This document shows positions 47,983-56,781 of a stretch of DNA of 64,000 nt, in pieces. The position numbers and the translations under genes were made by a program. This DNA comes from an uncultured Candidatus Saccharibacteria bacterium (GTDB taxonomy: Bacteria > Patescibacteriota > Minisyncoccia > CAIUEV01 > JAHKAQ01): positions 5,721-69,720 of the forward strand of contig CAZRBB010000005.1 in the NCBI GenBank assembly GCA_964598205.1, given 5' to 3'. The stretch's first letter is position 1; the number at the start of each line of letters is the position of its first letter. The notes under the pieces were generated by a model. It did no database searches. It was not told the origin of the DNA and saw only the letters and a list, made by a program, of their open reading frames with translations.

Positions 47983-49268
47983 TCCTCTTCCTGTCTAATC
48001 AATAAAGACGGAGCTTTGCTGGGATCTTCTAGAATTTCTTTTACAATTTTTTCCATCCGCATTCCCTGAGATCCCTTCACTAACGCTACCACCTTTTTAT
48101 CTAAGAGAAGTTTTAGGGCCTCAATCAATTCTTGCTGAGTTAAAAAATGTTCGGCTATTTTTTTATCAGAAGCACCAATTTTCTTCTTAACCATTCTATG
48201 AATTTCTAACGCCGCTTCTCCTATGGTAAAAATAACATCCGCCGAACCAGCCGCCGCCAGCCCTACCTCCCTATGAGCCAAAACTTCTTTTTCTCCCAAC
48301 TCAAGCATGTCTCCCAAAACAGCAATCCGCAAAACAGCCGGCGCTTCTTTTAGGATTTCTAAAGCATTGACCATTGATTTTGGCGCAGAAGCATTGTAAG
48401 TATCGTCTAAAACAATGCTCCCGTTCATTCCCTTTAAAATATTTAATCTCCCCCTAGGCGAGCGATATTTAGAAAGTGCTTCTCCAATCTCCAAAAGATT
48501 CATTCCTAAAGCCGTTCCCACTGCCGCTCCAGCCAAGACGGCGTAAATCTGGCTCCTTCCTAATGCTCCCCAAAGCCTAACCGGAATCACCCTCTCTTTA
48601 TACATCAATTTAAAGCTCATTCCCCATTCCTCGGGATGCGTAAAACGACCAAAATTTAGAATAAGATTAGAAGCCCTAATTAAATTTTTTTCTCCCAAAC
48701 CAAAAGTTAAGACAGCGGCCTTGGTTTTTCCTAGATTATTTATTAATCCCAAATCATCACCACAAACCACCGCCCAACCGTCAACTGGCAGATTTTTAAT
48801 GATTTCTGTTTTTTCGCTTAGTGTTGCTTCTAGGTTTTTAAAATATTTTAAATGACTAAAGGTAGCGTTGGTAATTACTGCTATTTTTGGTGGCGCTATT
48901 GCTACTAATTTTTTAATATCTCCTGGTTTTCCCGCTCCCATTTCTAAAATCAAAAACGGTTTTATTTTCTCTTTTCCAGAAGCAATATTCCTTAATTTTT
49001 TCAAAGCCCCTAACCAAAAAGCAGTATCTGTTTTTTTCCCCTCGGCAAATCCAGCAATCGCCAAAGGCAATCCTAGTTCGCTATTCAAACTTCCCCGAGA
49101 ACGAGAAACAGAAAAACGGCTTTTTAGGACAGTGTAAATTGCCTCTTTGGCGCTAGTTTTCCCCAAACTACCAGTTACCCCAACAATCAAAGGATTATTC
49201 TTTTCCACCGCTTTTTTAGCTAACCTCCCCGCTGACATTTCTACAATTTTTTTAAATACTTTTTTCAT
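47967..49268 (-). CDS. murF: Mur ligase, probably UDP-MurNAc-tripeptide--D-Ala-D-Ala ligase (short N-terminus)
   Basis: 433 aa. The P-loop is VGVTGSLGKTS, the central domain is Mur-ligase type, and DDTYNASAPKSM matches the MurF DDSYNANP motif. It overlaps lgt by 16 nt. Confidence 0.75.
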   Translation of the reverse strand: MKKVFKKIVEMSAGRLAKKAVEKNNPLIVGVTGSLGKTSAKEAIYTVLKSRFSVSRSRGSLNSELGLPLAIAGFAEGKKTDTAFWLGALKKLRNIASGKEKIKPFLILEMGAGKPGDIKKLVAIAPPKIAVITNATFSHLKYFKNLEATLSEKTEIIKNLPVDGWAVVCGDDLGLINNLGKTKAAVLTFGLGEKNLIRASNLILNFGRFTHPEEWGMSFKLMYKERVIPVRLWGALGRSQIYAVLAGAAVGTALGMNLLEIGEALSKYRSPRGRLNILKGMNGSIVLDDTYNASAPKSMVNALEILKEAPAVLRIAVLGDMLELGEKEVLAHREVGLAAAGSADVIFTIGEAALEIHRMVKKKIGASDKKIAEHFLTQQELIEALKLLLDKKVVALVKGSQGMRMEKIVKEILEDPSKAPSLLIRQEEEWLMS

Positions 49269-49320
49269 ATTTTTTTATTATTCCTTCTCTTTACCTTTTA
49301 CTCTTTATAAGCTCGCAATC

Positions 49321-51240
49321 TTACAAAGAGAATCCTTCTTGTCCCGCCGCTGCTTCTTCCCTAGCCTTCTTTAAATCTTCTTCGTTGAATTGCATTAAGC
49401 GATCGTAATATTGTTGCTCTTCTGGCTTAATCTCTTTGGTTGGGAAAATATGATAAAAATCGAGCAGAAAATTATTTAATTTTCCCGTAATCGGCGCCGC
49501 TGAGTCAGAAGAAAAATTAACTTTTCTTGCTCTATCCAATCGTACCAATGTTACAAACCGTGGATCTTCCGCCGGTCCAAAGCCCATGTAACTATGAATA
49601 GTATCATTCCCATATCCAGGACCGTCTAGATTAGGCATCTGTGCCGTCCCTGTTTTTCCGCCCACTTCATAACCGGGAATATTCGCTTTTTTACTCCAAC
49701 CATTCTTCACCACAGAAACCAACATCTCTCTCATTTTCTTAGAAGTCTCTGGGCTAATCACTCTCCTTTTTGCTTCTGGAAAAACTTTTTCAATTTTTCC
49801 GCCAGGATAAATAAAGCGTTCCACTATTTGCGGTTTCATTAATTCTCCTCCATTCACCACTGCCGAAAAAGCCGTAACCAACTGCAAAGAAGTCACCGAA
49901 ACGCCCTGACCAAAAGCAGAAGTGGCAAAATTAATATCCCGTAAAAATTTAAGATTAGCCAAATCTCCACTAGCTTCTCCCGTAAGCTCAATCCCTGTTG
50001 TTTCTCCAAAACCATATTTCTTTAAATAATCTAAGAATTTTTCCTTAGGAACAGATTGCATTGCCCAAATCGCTCCAGTATTTAAAGAAAGTTCCAAGGC
50101 TCGAGTAAGCGTTGTTTCTCCGTTAGCCACCATGTTTGCATTGTGAATATTAAACCCTCCCACCGAATAAACTCCTTTATCAAAATAAGTAGAATCCGGC
50201 TTTAATCCTCCTGCTTCTAGTGCAATAGAAAAGGTAAAAGGTTTAAAAATAGACCCCGGCTCAAACTGATAAGCAATACTATTATTCTTAAAAAGAGCAC
50301 TGTCTTCTACTAACCCAAAATCATTATTGTTAAATGTTGGCTGATTAGCCATGGCAATAATCGCTCCCGTTTTGGGATCCATCACTAAAATTGAACCAGA
50401 AGTGGCTTCATATTTAGCGAGCGATTCTTTTAAAAGTTTTTCTACAAAATACTGGACTGTTTGATCAATCGTTAAAACAATCTCTGCTCCATCCTTGGGT
50501 TGTTCTAGGACTCTTTCTTTAATAGGAATCCACCGGCCAGCAGTATCTTTTTCGGCTTTCATAAATCCCGACTCTCCTTCTAAAATATTGTTAAAATAGT
50601 TTTCAATCCCATAACGCCCCTCCCGTTTCTCTCCATTATTACCAACAAAACCCAGCACCTGAGAAAGAAATTCCCCCTCAGAATAATAGCGCCAATCTTC
50701 ACCTAAAAGCCCTACCCCCTTCATCTTTTTTTCTAAAAGCTGCCGAGATTCTTCTTTTGTTAACTTTTTTTTGATTACCTCATAAGGATCATTCTTCTTT
50801 AAAACTTTTTGTCTAATCCCCTCTTCATCCAAACTTAAAATCGTAGCCAGCGTTTTTACCGTTCCTTCAATATCTTCTATTTCTTTAGGCACAATAAAAA
50901 CTAAATCGCGTTTTTCATTAGTAGCTACCGGAATAAAATTATCCGTTCCATCTTTTAGGTAAACTTGCCCACGAGAAGGAGCTAATTGTTCAGAAAATTG
51001 ATACTGTTTCTGAGCTCTAGCACTTAGTATTTTTTGACTAAAAATCTGTAAAAAAAACAACCGTCCTCCAATAGTCAGTGTAGTAGTAAAAAAAAAGAAA
51101 ATAACTACCCAGCATCGCCAATCATTTTTTGGAGAAGCATTCCTCCCTCGCGATTTCTTTTCGTAAGAAACAGAAATCACCCCCGGCCGGCAATGTTTCA
51201 TTTTTAAGACCAGTCTTTTCTTTTTTTTGAATATCCTCAT
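49321..51240 (-). CDS. ftsI: Penicillin-binding protein 2 / FtsI-type transpeptidase
   Basis: 639 aa with an N-terminal TM and a dimerisation domain. The transpeptidase motifs are GSIFKPF (SxxK), SLN and GKTGTAQ (KTG). Confidence 0.9.
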   Translation of the reverse strand: MRIFKKKKRLVLKMKHCRPGVISVSYEKKSRGRNASPKNDWRCWVVIFFFFTTTLTIGGRLFFLQIFSQKILSARAQKQYQFSEQLAPSRGQVYLKDGTDNFIPVATNEKRDLVFIVPKEIEDIEGTVKTLATILSLDEEGIRQKVLKKNDPYEVIKKKLTKEESRQLLEKKMKGVGLLGEDWRYYSEGEFLSQVLGFVGNNGEKREGRYGIENYFNNILEGESGFMKAEKDTAGRWIPIKERVLEQPKDGAEIVLTIDQTVQYFVEKLLKESLAKYEATSGSILVMDPKTGAIIAMANQPTFNNNDFGLVEDSALFKNNSIAYQFEPGSIFKPFTFSIALEAGGLKPDSTYFDKGVYSVGGFNIHNANMVANGETTLTRALELSLNTGAIWAMQSVPKEKFLDYLKKYGFGETTGIELTGEASGDLANLKFLRDINFATSAFGQGVSVTSLQLVTAFSAVVNGGELMKPQIVERFIYPGGKIEKVFPEAKRRVISPETSKKMREMLVSVVKNGWSKKANIPGYEVGGKTGTAQMPNLDGPGYGNDTIHSYMGFGPAEDPRFVTLVRLDRARKVNFSSDSAAPITGKLNNFLLDFYHIFPTKEIKPEEQQYYDRLMQFNEEDLKKAREEAAAGQEGFSL

Positions 51241-51258
51241 TAAATAAAATCATTTGGT

Positions 51259-51705
51259 CTAAAATGTTGCTGCCTTTTTAATAACAGATTTTCCTCTAGT
51301 CTTGTAATGATCAACTCCTGACGACTCATCCCAGTCATAAGAATAATGAAGAATTTTTTCTTCTATTTCGTAGTAACTGATTTTTGCAGGGTCCACTTCC
51401 CACATATTTATCTTTTCTAAATTTTCTTTTATTTGATTAGTGGAACGCAACTTAGCCGCCTCCAATTCCAAGCTCGCCCTTTCCTTTTTTAGTTCAGACA
51501 ATTTATTATCATATTTTTCTATCTCGTAACCATAGGTCGCTGTCCGGTTAGCCTGAACCAAATAAAACAATGAAAGAAGGCAAATAATTAAAACAGTTGC
51601 CAAACCAACGGCCGTTGTTCCACATTTAAAAGGAAGACTAAGCCGTGAACAGCGAGCATTCCCCGGTTTAATTTTCTTTTTAAAAATATCAATTTTTTCT
51701 ACCAT
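51259..51705 (-). CDS. ftsL: FtsL/DivIC-like septum-formation protein
   Basis: 148 aa with a single TM and a coiled coil (ELKKERASLELEAAKLRS). It occupies the expected dcw-cluster position between rsmH and ftsI. Confidence 0.5.
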   Translation of the reverse strand: MVEKIDIFKKKIKPGNARCSRLSLPFKCGTTAVGLATVLIICLLSLFYLVQANRTATYGYEIEKYDNKLSELKKERASLELEAAKLRSTNQIKENLEKINMWEVDPAKISYYEIEEKILHYSYDWDESSGVDHYKTRGKSVIKKAATF

Positions 51706-51713
51706 TTTTATTT

Positions 51714-52637
51714 TTAGATCTTCTCTACTACTCTTAATTTGGCGCTCCGTGATCGAGGATTTTCTTTTCTTTCTTCCTCGCTCGGAGTTATTGGTTTTTT
51801 ATTTAGCCTTTTTAAAACTGGCCGATGACCGCAAGTGCATTGCCAAGCATCTTCTTCGCAAATACACCCTTGACTTTCCTTTCTAAAAAAATTCTTAACC
51901 AATCGATCTTCTAGGGAATGAAAGGAAATTATTCCTAATCGACCACCTTTTTTTAAACATCCCACCGCTTCCGGTAAAAATTCTTCCAAATTAGAAAGCT
52001 CCTTATTAACCGCAATCCTTAGTGCCATAAAAATCTTGGTCGCTGGATTAATTTTAAAATTTCGACTTTTCCCCTTGTAATGCTTTTCTATTAACTCTTT
52101 TAGCTCCTGCGATTTTTCCCAGAGCTTTCTTTTCCTCCGCTCAACAATTAATTTAGCTATCGGTTCTGCCTCCCTTTCCTCTCCATATTCCCTAAAAATC
52201 CGCACCAGTTCATTTTCTTTTTCTTCATTTAAAATTTCCGCAGCCGTCTTCTCTATTGAACTGTCTAATCGCAAATCCAGTTTTTCATCTTTTTGAAAAC
52301 TTAAGCCCGGAGTTCTTTCTAATTGATCAGAAGAAAATCCCAAATCCGCCAAAATCATTGATACTGATTCAATCTTTAATTTTTGAATGATCTTTTTAAT
52401 ATTTTTAAAATTCCCTAAAACTACCTTAAAATTTTTCCCAACTACCAATCTTTGACCAGCATTCTCCTGATCAAAGTCAATTCCCGCTACCATTCCCTCG
52501 GAACCAACTCTTTTTAAGATCTCCTTAGCATGACCGCCACCGCCCAAAGTACAATCCACAAAGATTTCCCCTTTCGCTGGATCAAGCAATTTCAAAACCT
52601 CCTCTAAAAGAACCGGGGAATGCTTTGTTTCTGGCAT
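51714..52637 (-). CDS. rsmH: 16S rRNA (cytosine1402-N4)-methyltransferase RsmH/MraW
   Basis: The motif HSPVLLEEV...FVDCTLGGGGHA is typical of RsmH. The track ORF extends to 52733, but the conserved protein starts at the internal M (MPETKHSPVLL, codon ending 52637), which abuts mraZ without overlap. Confidence 0.85.
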   Translation of the reverse strand: MPETKHSPVLLEEVLKLLDPAKGEIFVDCTLGGGGHAKEILKRVGSEGMVAGIDFDQENAGQRLVVGKNFKVVLGNFKNIKKIIQKLKIESVSMILADLGFSSDQLERTPGLSFQKDEKLDLRLDSSIEKTAAEILNEEKENELVRIFREYGEEREAEPIAKLIVERRKRKLWEKSQELKELIEKHYKGKSRNFKINPATKIFMALRIAVNKELSNLEEFLPEAVGCLKKGGRLGIISFHSLEDRLVKNFFRKESQGCICEEDAWQCTCGHRPVLKRLNKKPITPSEEERKENPRSRSAKLRVVEKI

Positions 52638-52639
52638 TC

Positions 52640-53074
52640 TTAGTAAGCTCCCAGTTCTCCTAATTTTTCTGCTACCTTTTCGGTATCTTTCTCCGCTTTT
52701 TCTTTGTAGGCTTTCCATTGTTTTTCTTCCCAAATTTCCAATCTATTAAAAAGTCCGTTGATCACCGCATTTTTTCCTAAAACAGCATAGTCCTTTAAAT
52801 ATTCAGGAATTAGAATTCTTCCCAATCCATCTAGTTTCACTTCCGAAGCTCCAGCTAACATTAAACGCACAAAACTACGAGTTCCTCCTTCTCCAATCGG
52901 CATCTTCCCTAACTTAAAAGCAATTTCTTCCCATGCTTTCTTGGAGTACAAAAACAAACAACGATCCAATCCCCTAGTAATAACGGCTGATCTACCCAGT
53001 TCATCTCTAAATTTAACCGGCACCGCCAACCTGTTCTTAGCATCTAAGTTATGACTGTACTCTCCAATAAACAT
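52640..53074 (-). CDS. mraZ: Transcriptional regulator MraZ
   Basis: 144 aa. MFIGEYSHNLDAKNRLAVPVKFR... is part of the duplicated MraZ domain. Confidence 0.9.
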   Translation of the reverse strand: MFIGEYSHNLDAKNRLAVPVKFRDELGRSAVITRGLDRCLFLYSKKAWEEIAFKLGKMPIGEGGTRSFVRLMLAGASEVKLDGLGRILIPEYLKDYAVLGKNAVINGLFNRLEIWEEKQWKAYKEKAEKDTEKVAEKLGELGAY

Positions 53075-53184
53075 TCTGGAATATTAACACTTTTACCCAC
53101 TTTTAAACACTTAAAAACATTTTAACCCACAATAAAAAGAGAGTCAACTAAGAACAATCAGAACCGTTTTTCCCAAAAAGCGCC

Positions 53185-54036
53185 TTATTTTTTAATTTTT
53201 GACTTTTTTCCTAAAGAAAGAGAAAGAGCTTTTATTTGTTTATCTTTTTGATTCAATTGATCTTCAAAAAAGATAAGGTTTCTAGTCACCTCTTCTTTCA
53301 TTCCTTGCTTTTCTTTTTCTAAAATTTTAGTCTTTAGTGAAAGTTTTTTATTATTTTTTTGAAGCATTGCTAAATCTTCTTGTAGCGCAGAAACAGCCAA
53401 GCTATGAGCCATAATAGCCGCTTTTAATTCTTTTTCCCGTCCCGAAAGTGCCTCTTCTAAAAAACTCATTTCTTTCTTCCAAGAACTTTTTTGACTATTT
53501 AAATTTCCTTCTTTTTCTAAAAAACTTTTCCTCTCTCTTGCCACTTCACTCTTTAGCTCATCATTTTTTTTCCTCGCTACTAACAGCTCTTTTTCTAATA
53601 CTATCTTTGCAATTTCCCCTTCTTTCTTTTGATTTTCCTCTTTTTTCCGCAACTCTTTTTTAAAAAAAAGTAATTGCTCCGCCTTTGCGGAACTTTCTTT
53701 TAAAGTTTCTAACCGATTAATATTTTCTCCTATTAGTTGATCCTTCTTCTTTAATTCTTCTTCTAAAACATTAAGACTTTCCTTGACCAAACTTTCTAAC
53801 TTTTCCTTTTCTTCCCTTACTTTTTGAATCTCTGTAGAGAGTTTTTTTTGATTCGCCTTCTTTTTTTTATTCTTAATCTCTGTCTTTATCTTTTTCTCTT
53901 GGGGAAAAATTTTAGTTTCCACGGCAAAGCCCCAATCAATAAGAACCGTCCCCTTCTCTTTATCTTTTTGACTCTTGCAAAAATGAGTCTCCCCTTTTTG
54001 GTATTTACCCAAATCTTTTGTAAATTTAATCAACAT
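53185..54036 (-). CDS. Hypothetical K/E-rich coiled-coil protein
   Basis: 283 aa with a globular N-terminal ~45 aa followed by a continuous heptad-like charged coiled coil. Confidence 0.4.
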   Translation of the reverse strand: MLIKFTKDLGKYQKGETHFCKSQKDKEKGTVLIDWGFAVETKIFPQEKKIKTEIKNKKKKANQKKLSTEIQKVREEKEKLESLVKESLNVLEEELKKKDQLIGENINRLETLKESSAKAEQLLFFKKELRKKEENQKKEGEIAKIVLEKELLVARKKNDELKSEVARERKSFLEKEGNLNSQKSSWKKEMSFLEEALSGREKELKAAIMAHSLAVSALQEDLAMLQKNNKKLSLKTKILEKEKQGMKEEVTRNLIFFEDQLNQKDKQIKALSLSLGKKSKIKK

Positions 54037-54649
54037 TGGTTTTCTTTATTTTTGCTAATTTTAAAAAACACCAAAATTTTAAGTTAGATAATTTTACCTT
54101 CTCCTTCTCCTTTTCTTCTTCTACTTCCTTTTGATCTTCTTCCTGATTCAATGTTAATGTTTCCGTTTCCAATCCCTTTGAGTTTTCTGTTCCCGGCTCC
54201 ACTAAAAAATCCATCAAACTACTTTCTGTTTCTTCTCTAATGTTTTCTACTGGCACTTCCTTGGAAACTACCTTCTCAATCTTAAAAGATTCTTCTTCTG
54301 CTTCTTTTAAAAATTCGCTTACAGTTTTTTCGGCTTGATAAAGCTCTTCATTTAAAAAACTAAGCTGTTCCCTCTTTTTATCTAGCTGATTTCTTAACAC
54401 CAAAAACTTTTTTTCAAAGAAGAAAATTTCATCCTTCCCTTCGGTTAAACCAGCCAAAAGCCGATCCTGTTCTTTTTTAAAACGGACTAGTTCTTCTTTT
54501 TTAAACTTATATTTTCCATTTTTTTCTTCTGGATTCAAAAAAACCGGTCGCAATATTTTTTTATCAATAAAAGCCAAAAGATCTTCTTCTTTAATGTCCA
54601 AGAACTCCAAAGCCTCTTTTATCTTTACTAATGCCAATTTTGATTCCAT
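54026..54649 (-). CDS. Hypothetical coiled-coil protein
   Basis: 207 aa, charged with coiled-coil character. It overlaps the downstream coiled-coil gene by 11 nt. Confidence 0.4.
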   Translation of the reverse strand: MESKLALVKIKEALEFLDIKEEDLLAFIDKKILRPVFLNPEEKNGKYKFKKEELVRFKKEQDRLLAGLTEGKDEIFFFEKKFLVLRNQLDKKREQLSFLNEELYQAEKTVSEFLKEAEEESFKIEKVVSKEVPVENIREETESSLMDFLVEPGTENSKGLETETLTLNQEEDQKEVEEEKEKEKVKLSNLKFWCFLKLAKIKKTNVD

Positions 54650-54802
54650 TTTTTAAATTCTAGATTTGCTTAAAGGACCTAGTTTTGTAGCACAGCCCTT
54701 TCTTATTGGCAAGAGGAAGGCTATAATTATTCAAAGGTCGAATCACTGTTTATCTAAAAACAAAATATTTACTAAGCTTAAAATCTAAATAAATCAACCT
54801 TT

Positions 54803-55804
54803 ATGGAAAAAATAATAAAAATAATTCCCGAAAAATTAAAAGAAGGCGATGAAATAAGAGTAATCGCTCCGTCTCAGTCTTTGGCTATTATTTCCGAAGA
54901 AATCAAAACAATAGCTTTAGAGCGTTTTTTTGAAATCAACATTCAAATAACTTTTGGAGAAAACGCAGAAGAAAAAGACGAAACCAATTCCAGTCGAATT
55001 GATTCCCGCATTAAAGACTTGCACCAAGCTTTTAGCGACCCCAAGGTTAAAGGAATATTAACGGTCTTGGGTGGTTTTAATAGCAATCAGCTCCTAGATT
55101 ATTTGGATTGGGAACTAATCAAGAAAAATCCCAAAATCTTTTGCGGTTTTGCCGACATCACCGCCCTAAATAATGCCATCTTTCAAAAAACGGGTCTGGT
55201 CAACTATTCTGGTCCCGACTTCTCTACTTTTGGTCAAAGACTTTATTTTGAATACACGCTAGAATATTTTAAAAAATGCTTGTTTCTGAATTACCCTTTT
55301 TATTGTGGCGCCTCCAAGGAATGGAGCGACGATTCCTGGTTTTTGGATCAAAACAACCGAAGTCTAACCACTAATAGTGGCCTATCTTTAATCAAAGAAG
55401 GAGAAGCAGAGGGAACAATTGTTGGAGGTAACCTAAGTACTTTTAGGCTACTTCAGGGAACACAATATTTTCCAAGCTTGGAGGGTACCATTCTTTTTAT
55501 AGAAGAAGACGGCGAAATTCCACTAGAAAAACTAGATAGGGATCTACAATCACTGATCCATCTTCCTGATTTTAAGGGGGTAAAGGGAATGATTTTTGGC
55601 CGATTCCAAAGAGGAAGTAGTTTAGATGAATACAAAATCAAACAGTTAGTTGATTCCAAAAAGGAACTTGCTAATTTACCCATGATTGCTGGAGTAGACT
55701 TTGGCCATACCGATCCTAAAATCACTTTTCCTATTGGCGGCAAAGCCAGAATCAAAGCCTACGAAGCAATGGAGCATTTAGAGCTAGAGATATTAGAACA
55801 CTAA
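54803..55804 (+). CDS. Peptidase S66 family (LD-carboxypeptidase LdcA / microcin-C immunity MccF-like) homolog with Ala at the predicted nucleophile position
   Basis: 333 aa. EGDEIRVIAPSQSL, LTVLGGFNSN and CGFADITAL correspond to the S66 G(F/Y)SD(I)TAL block, with Ser replaced by Ala. LFIEEDGE carries the Glu, and GVDFGHTDP carries the His. Confidence 0.75.
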   Translation: MEKIIKIIPEKLKEGDEIRVIAPSQSLAIISEEIKTIALERFFEINIQITFGENAEEKDETNSSRIDSRIKDLHQAFSDPKVKGILTVLGGFNSNQLLDYLDWELIKKNPKIFCGFADITALNNAIFQKTGLVNYSGPDFSTFGQRLYFEYTLEYFKKCLFLNYPFYCGASKEWSDDSWFLDQNNRSLTTNSGLSLIKEGEAEGTIVGGNLSTFRLLQGTQYFPSLEGTILFIEEDGEIPLEKLDRDLQSLIHLPDFKGVKGMIFGRFQRGSSLDEYKIKQLVDSKKELANLPMIAGVDFGHTDPKITFPIGGKARIKAYEAMEHLELEILEH

Positions 55805-55810
55805 TAAGCC

Positions 55811-56776
55811 ATGCCCACACTACAACTCTATTCTAATTGGTGGTGGATTCGTTTTCTTTTAACACAAAAGTGCAACCAAAAATGCCCCGACTGTTCTCTT
55901 TGTGAGCTTAAAAAAAACAAGGATGATTTTATAGATCCCAAAAAAATTATTGATGCTTTTAGAGTCTTTTCTCTTTGGGGTTATCGGAATGTCACTCTTT
56001 ACGGAGGAGAACCACTGCTTCATCCTTCTTTCCTTAATATTTACAACAAAGCTCAGCACTTTTTCCCAAATATCCAAGTATTTACCAACGGAACAATTAC
56101 CTTCCCAATAAAAATTGTTCCTAGAAAAACAGATTTTTTTATTTTCAATTTTGACTTTAATAAAAATAAAACCTTTATTAAAAATGTTTTCTTTTTAAGG
56201 AAAAATATTCATCCTCACTTGAATTTTAGCATTATTGTTCAGAAAGAAACCGATATTAATCAATTAAAAGCTGATTTGAATTTTTTTGTTAAAAACAATC
56301 TTCAGGATTTTTCTGTTCGTATTTCCATGAACTGTTTTGCAGATATCCTAAAAGAAAAGAAAATTCTTAATCAGAAAATAGTCAGTTTAATAGGCGTTCT
56401 GCAAGAATTGGGTATCCCTTGTGGAATGGCACAAAAAATCCCTCTCTGTTTTTTTCTTTTTCCACTAAAAAAAATCATTAAGTCAACAGTGAATCCCTTT
56501 TGTGGGAAAGAATGTGGTGGTCTTATAGACCCGAATTTTAATATTTTATCTTGTGGAGCGCTATATCGTTACGAGATTAACCCTAGAGATATTAAACCAA
56601 AAAATATGTTTTATAAAAACAAAATTATTTCTCGCAAAAAACATCAAGAAGTGCTTAAACAAATTCTTAAAATTAAATTAAAAAGAAAATCTCCTGATCC
56701 AAAATGCCAAGCTTGCGAATACTACAAAAGAAGAGATTGTGACAGTACCGGCTGTTTTCCTTATACTAAACCATAG
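55811..56776 (+). CDS. Radical SAM protein with a Cys-rich SPASM/twitch-like C-terminal region
   Basis: 321 aa. FLLTQKCNQKCPDC provides the CxxxCxxC motif, and GGEPLLHP is the SAM-binding GGE motif. The C-terminus carries CGMAQKIPLC...CGKECGG...SCGALY...CQACEYYKRRDCDSTGC. It lies 7 nt downstream of the S66 gene. Confidence 0.75.
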   Translation: MPTLQLYSNWWWIRFLLTQKCNQKCPDCSLCELKKNKDDFIDPKKIIDAFRVFSLWGYRNVTLYGGEPLLHPSFLNIYNKAQHFFPNIQVFTNGTITFPIKIVPRKTDFFIFNFDFNKNKTFIKNVFFLRKNIHPHLNFSIIVQKETDINQLKADLNFFVKNNLQDFSVRISMNCFADILKEKKILNQKIVSLIGVLQELGIPCGMAQKIPLCFFLFPLKKIIKSTVNPFCGKECGGLIDPNFNILSCGALYRYEINPRDIKPKNMFYKNKIISRKKHQEVLKQILKIKLKRKSPDPKCQACEYYKRRDCDSTGCFPYTKP

Positions 56777-56781
56777 ACAAA

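Noticed and set aside
53448-54087. Plus-strand ORFs 53448..53663 and 53824..54087 inside the coiled-coil genes
   Set aside because: They are antisense low-complexity (L/F-rich) translations of AAG/GAA-rich coiled-coil coding DNA.
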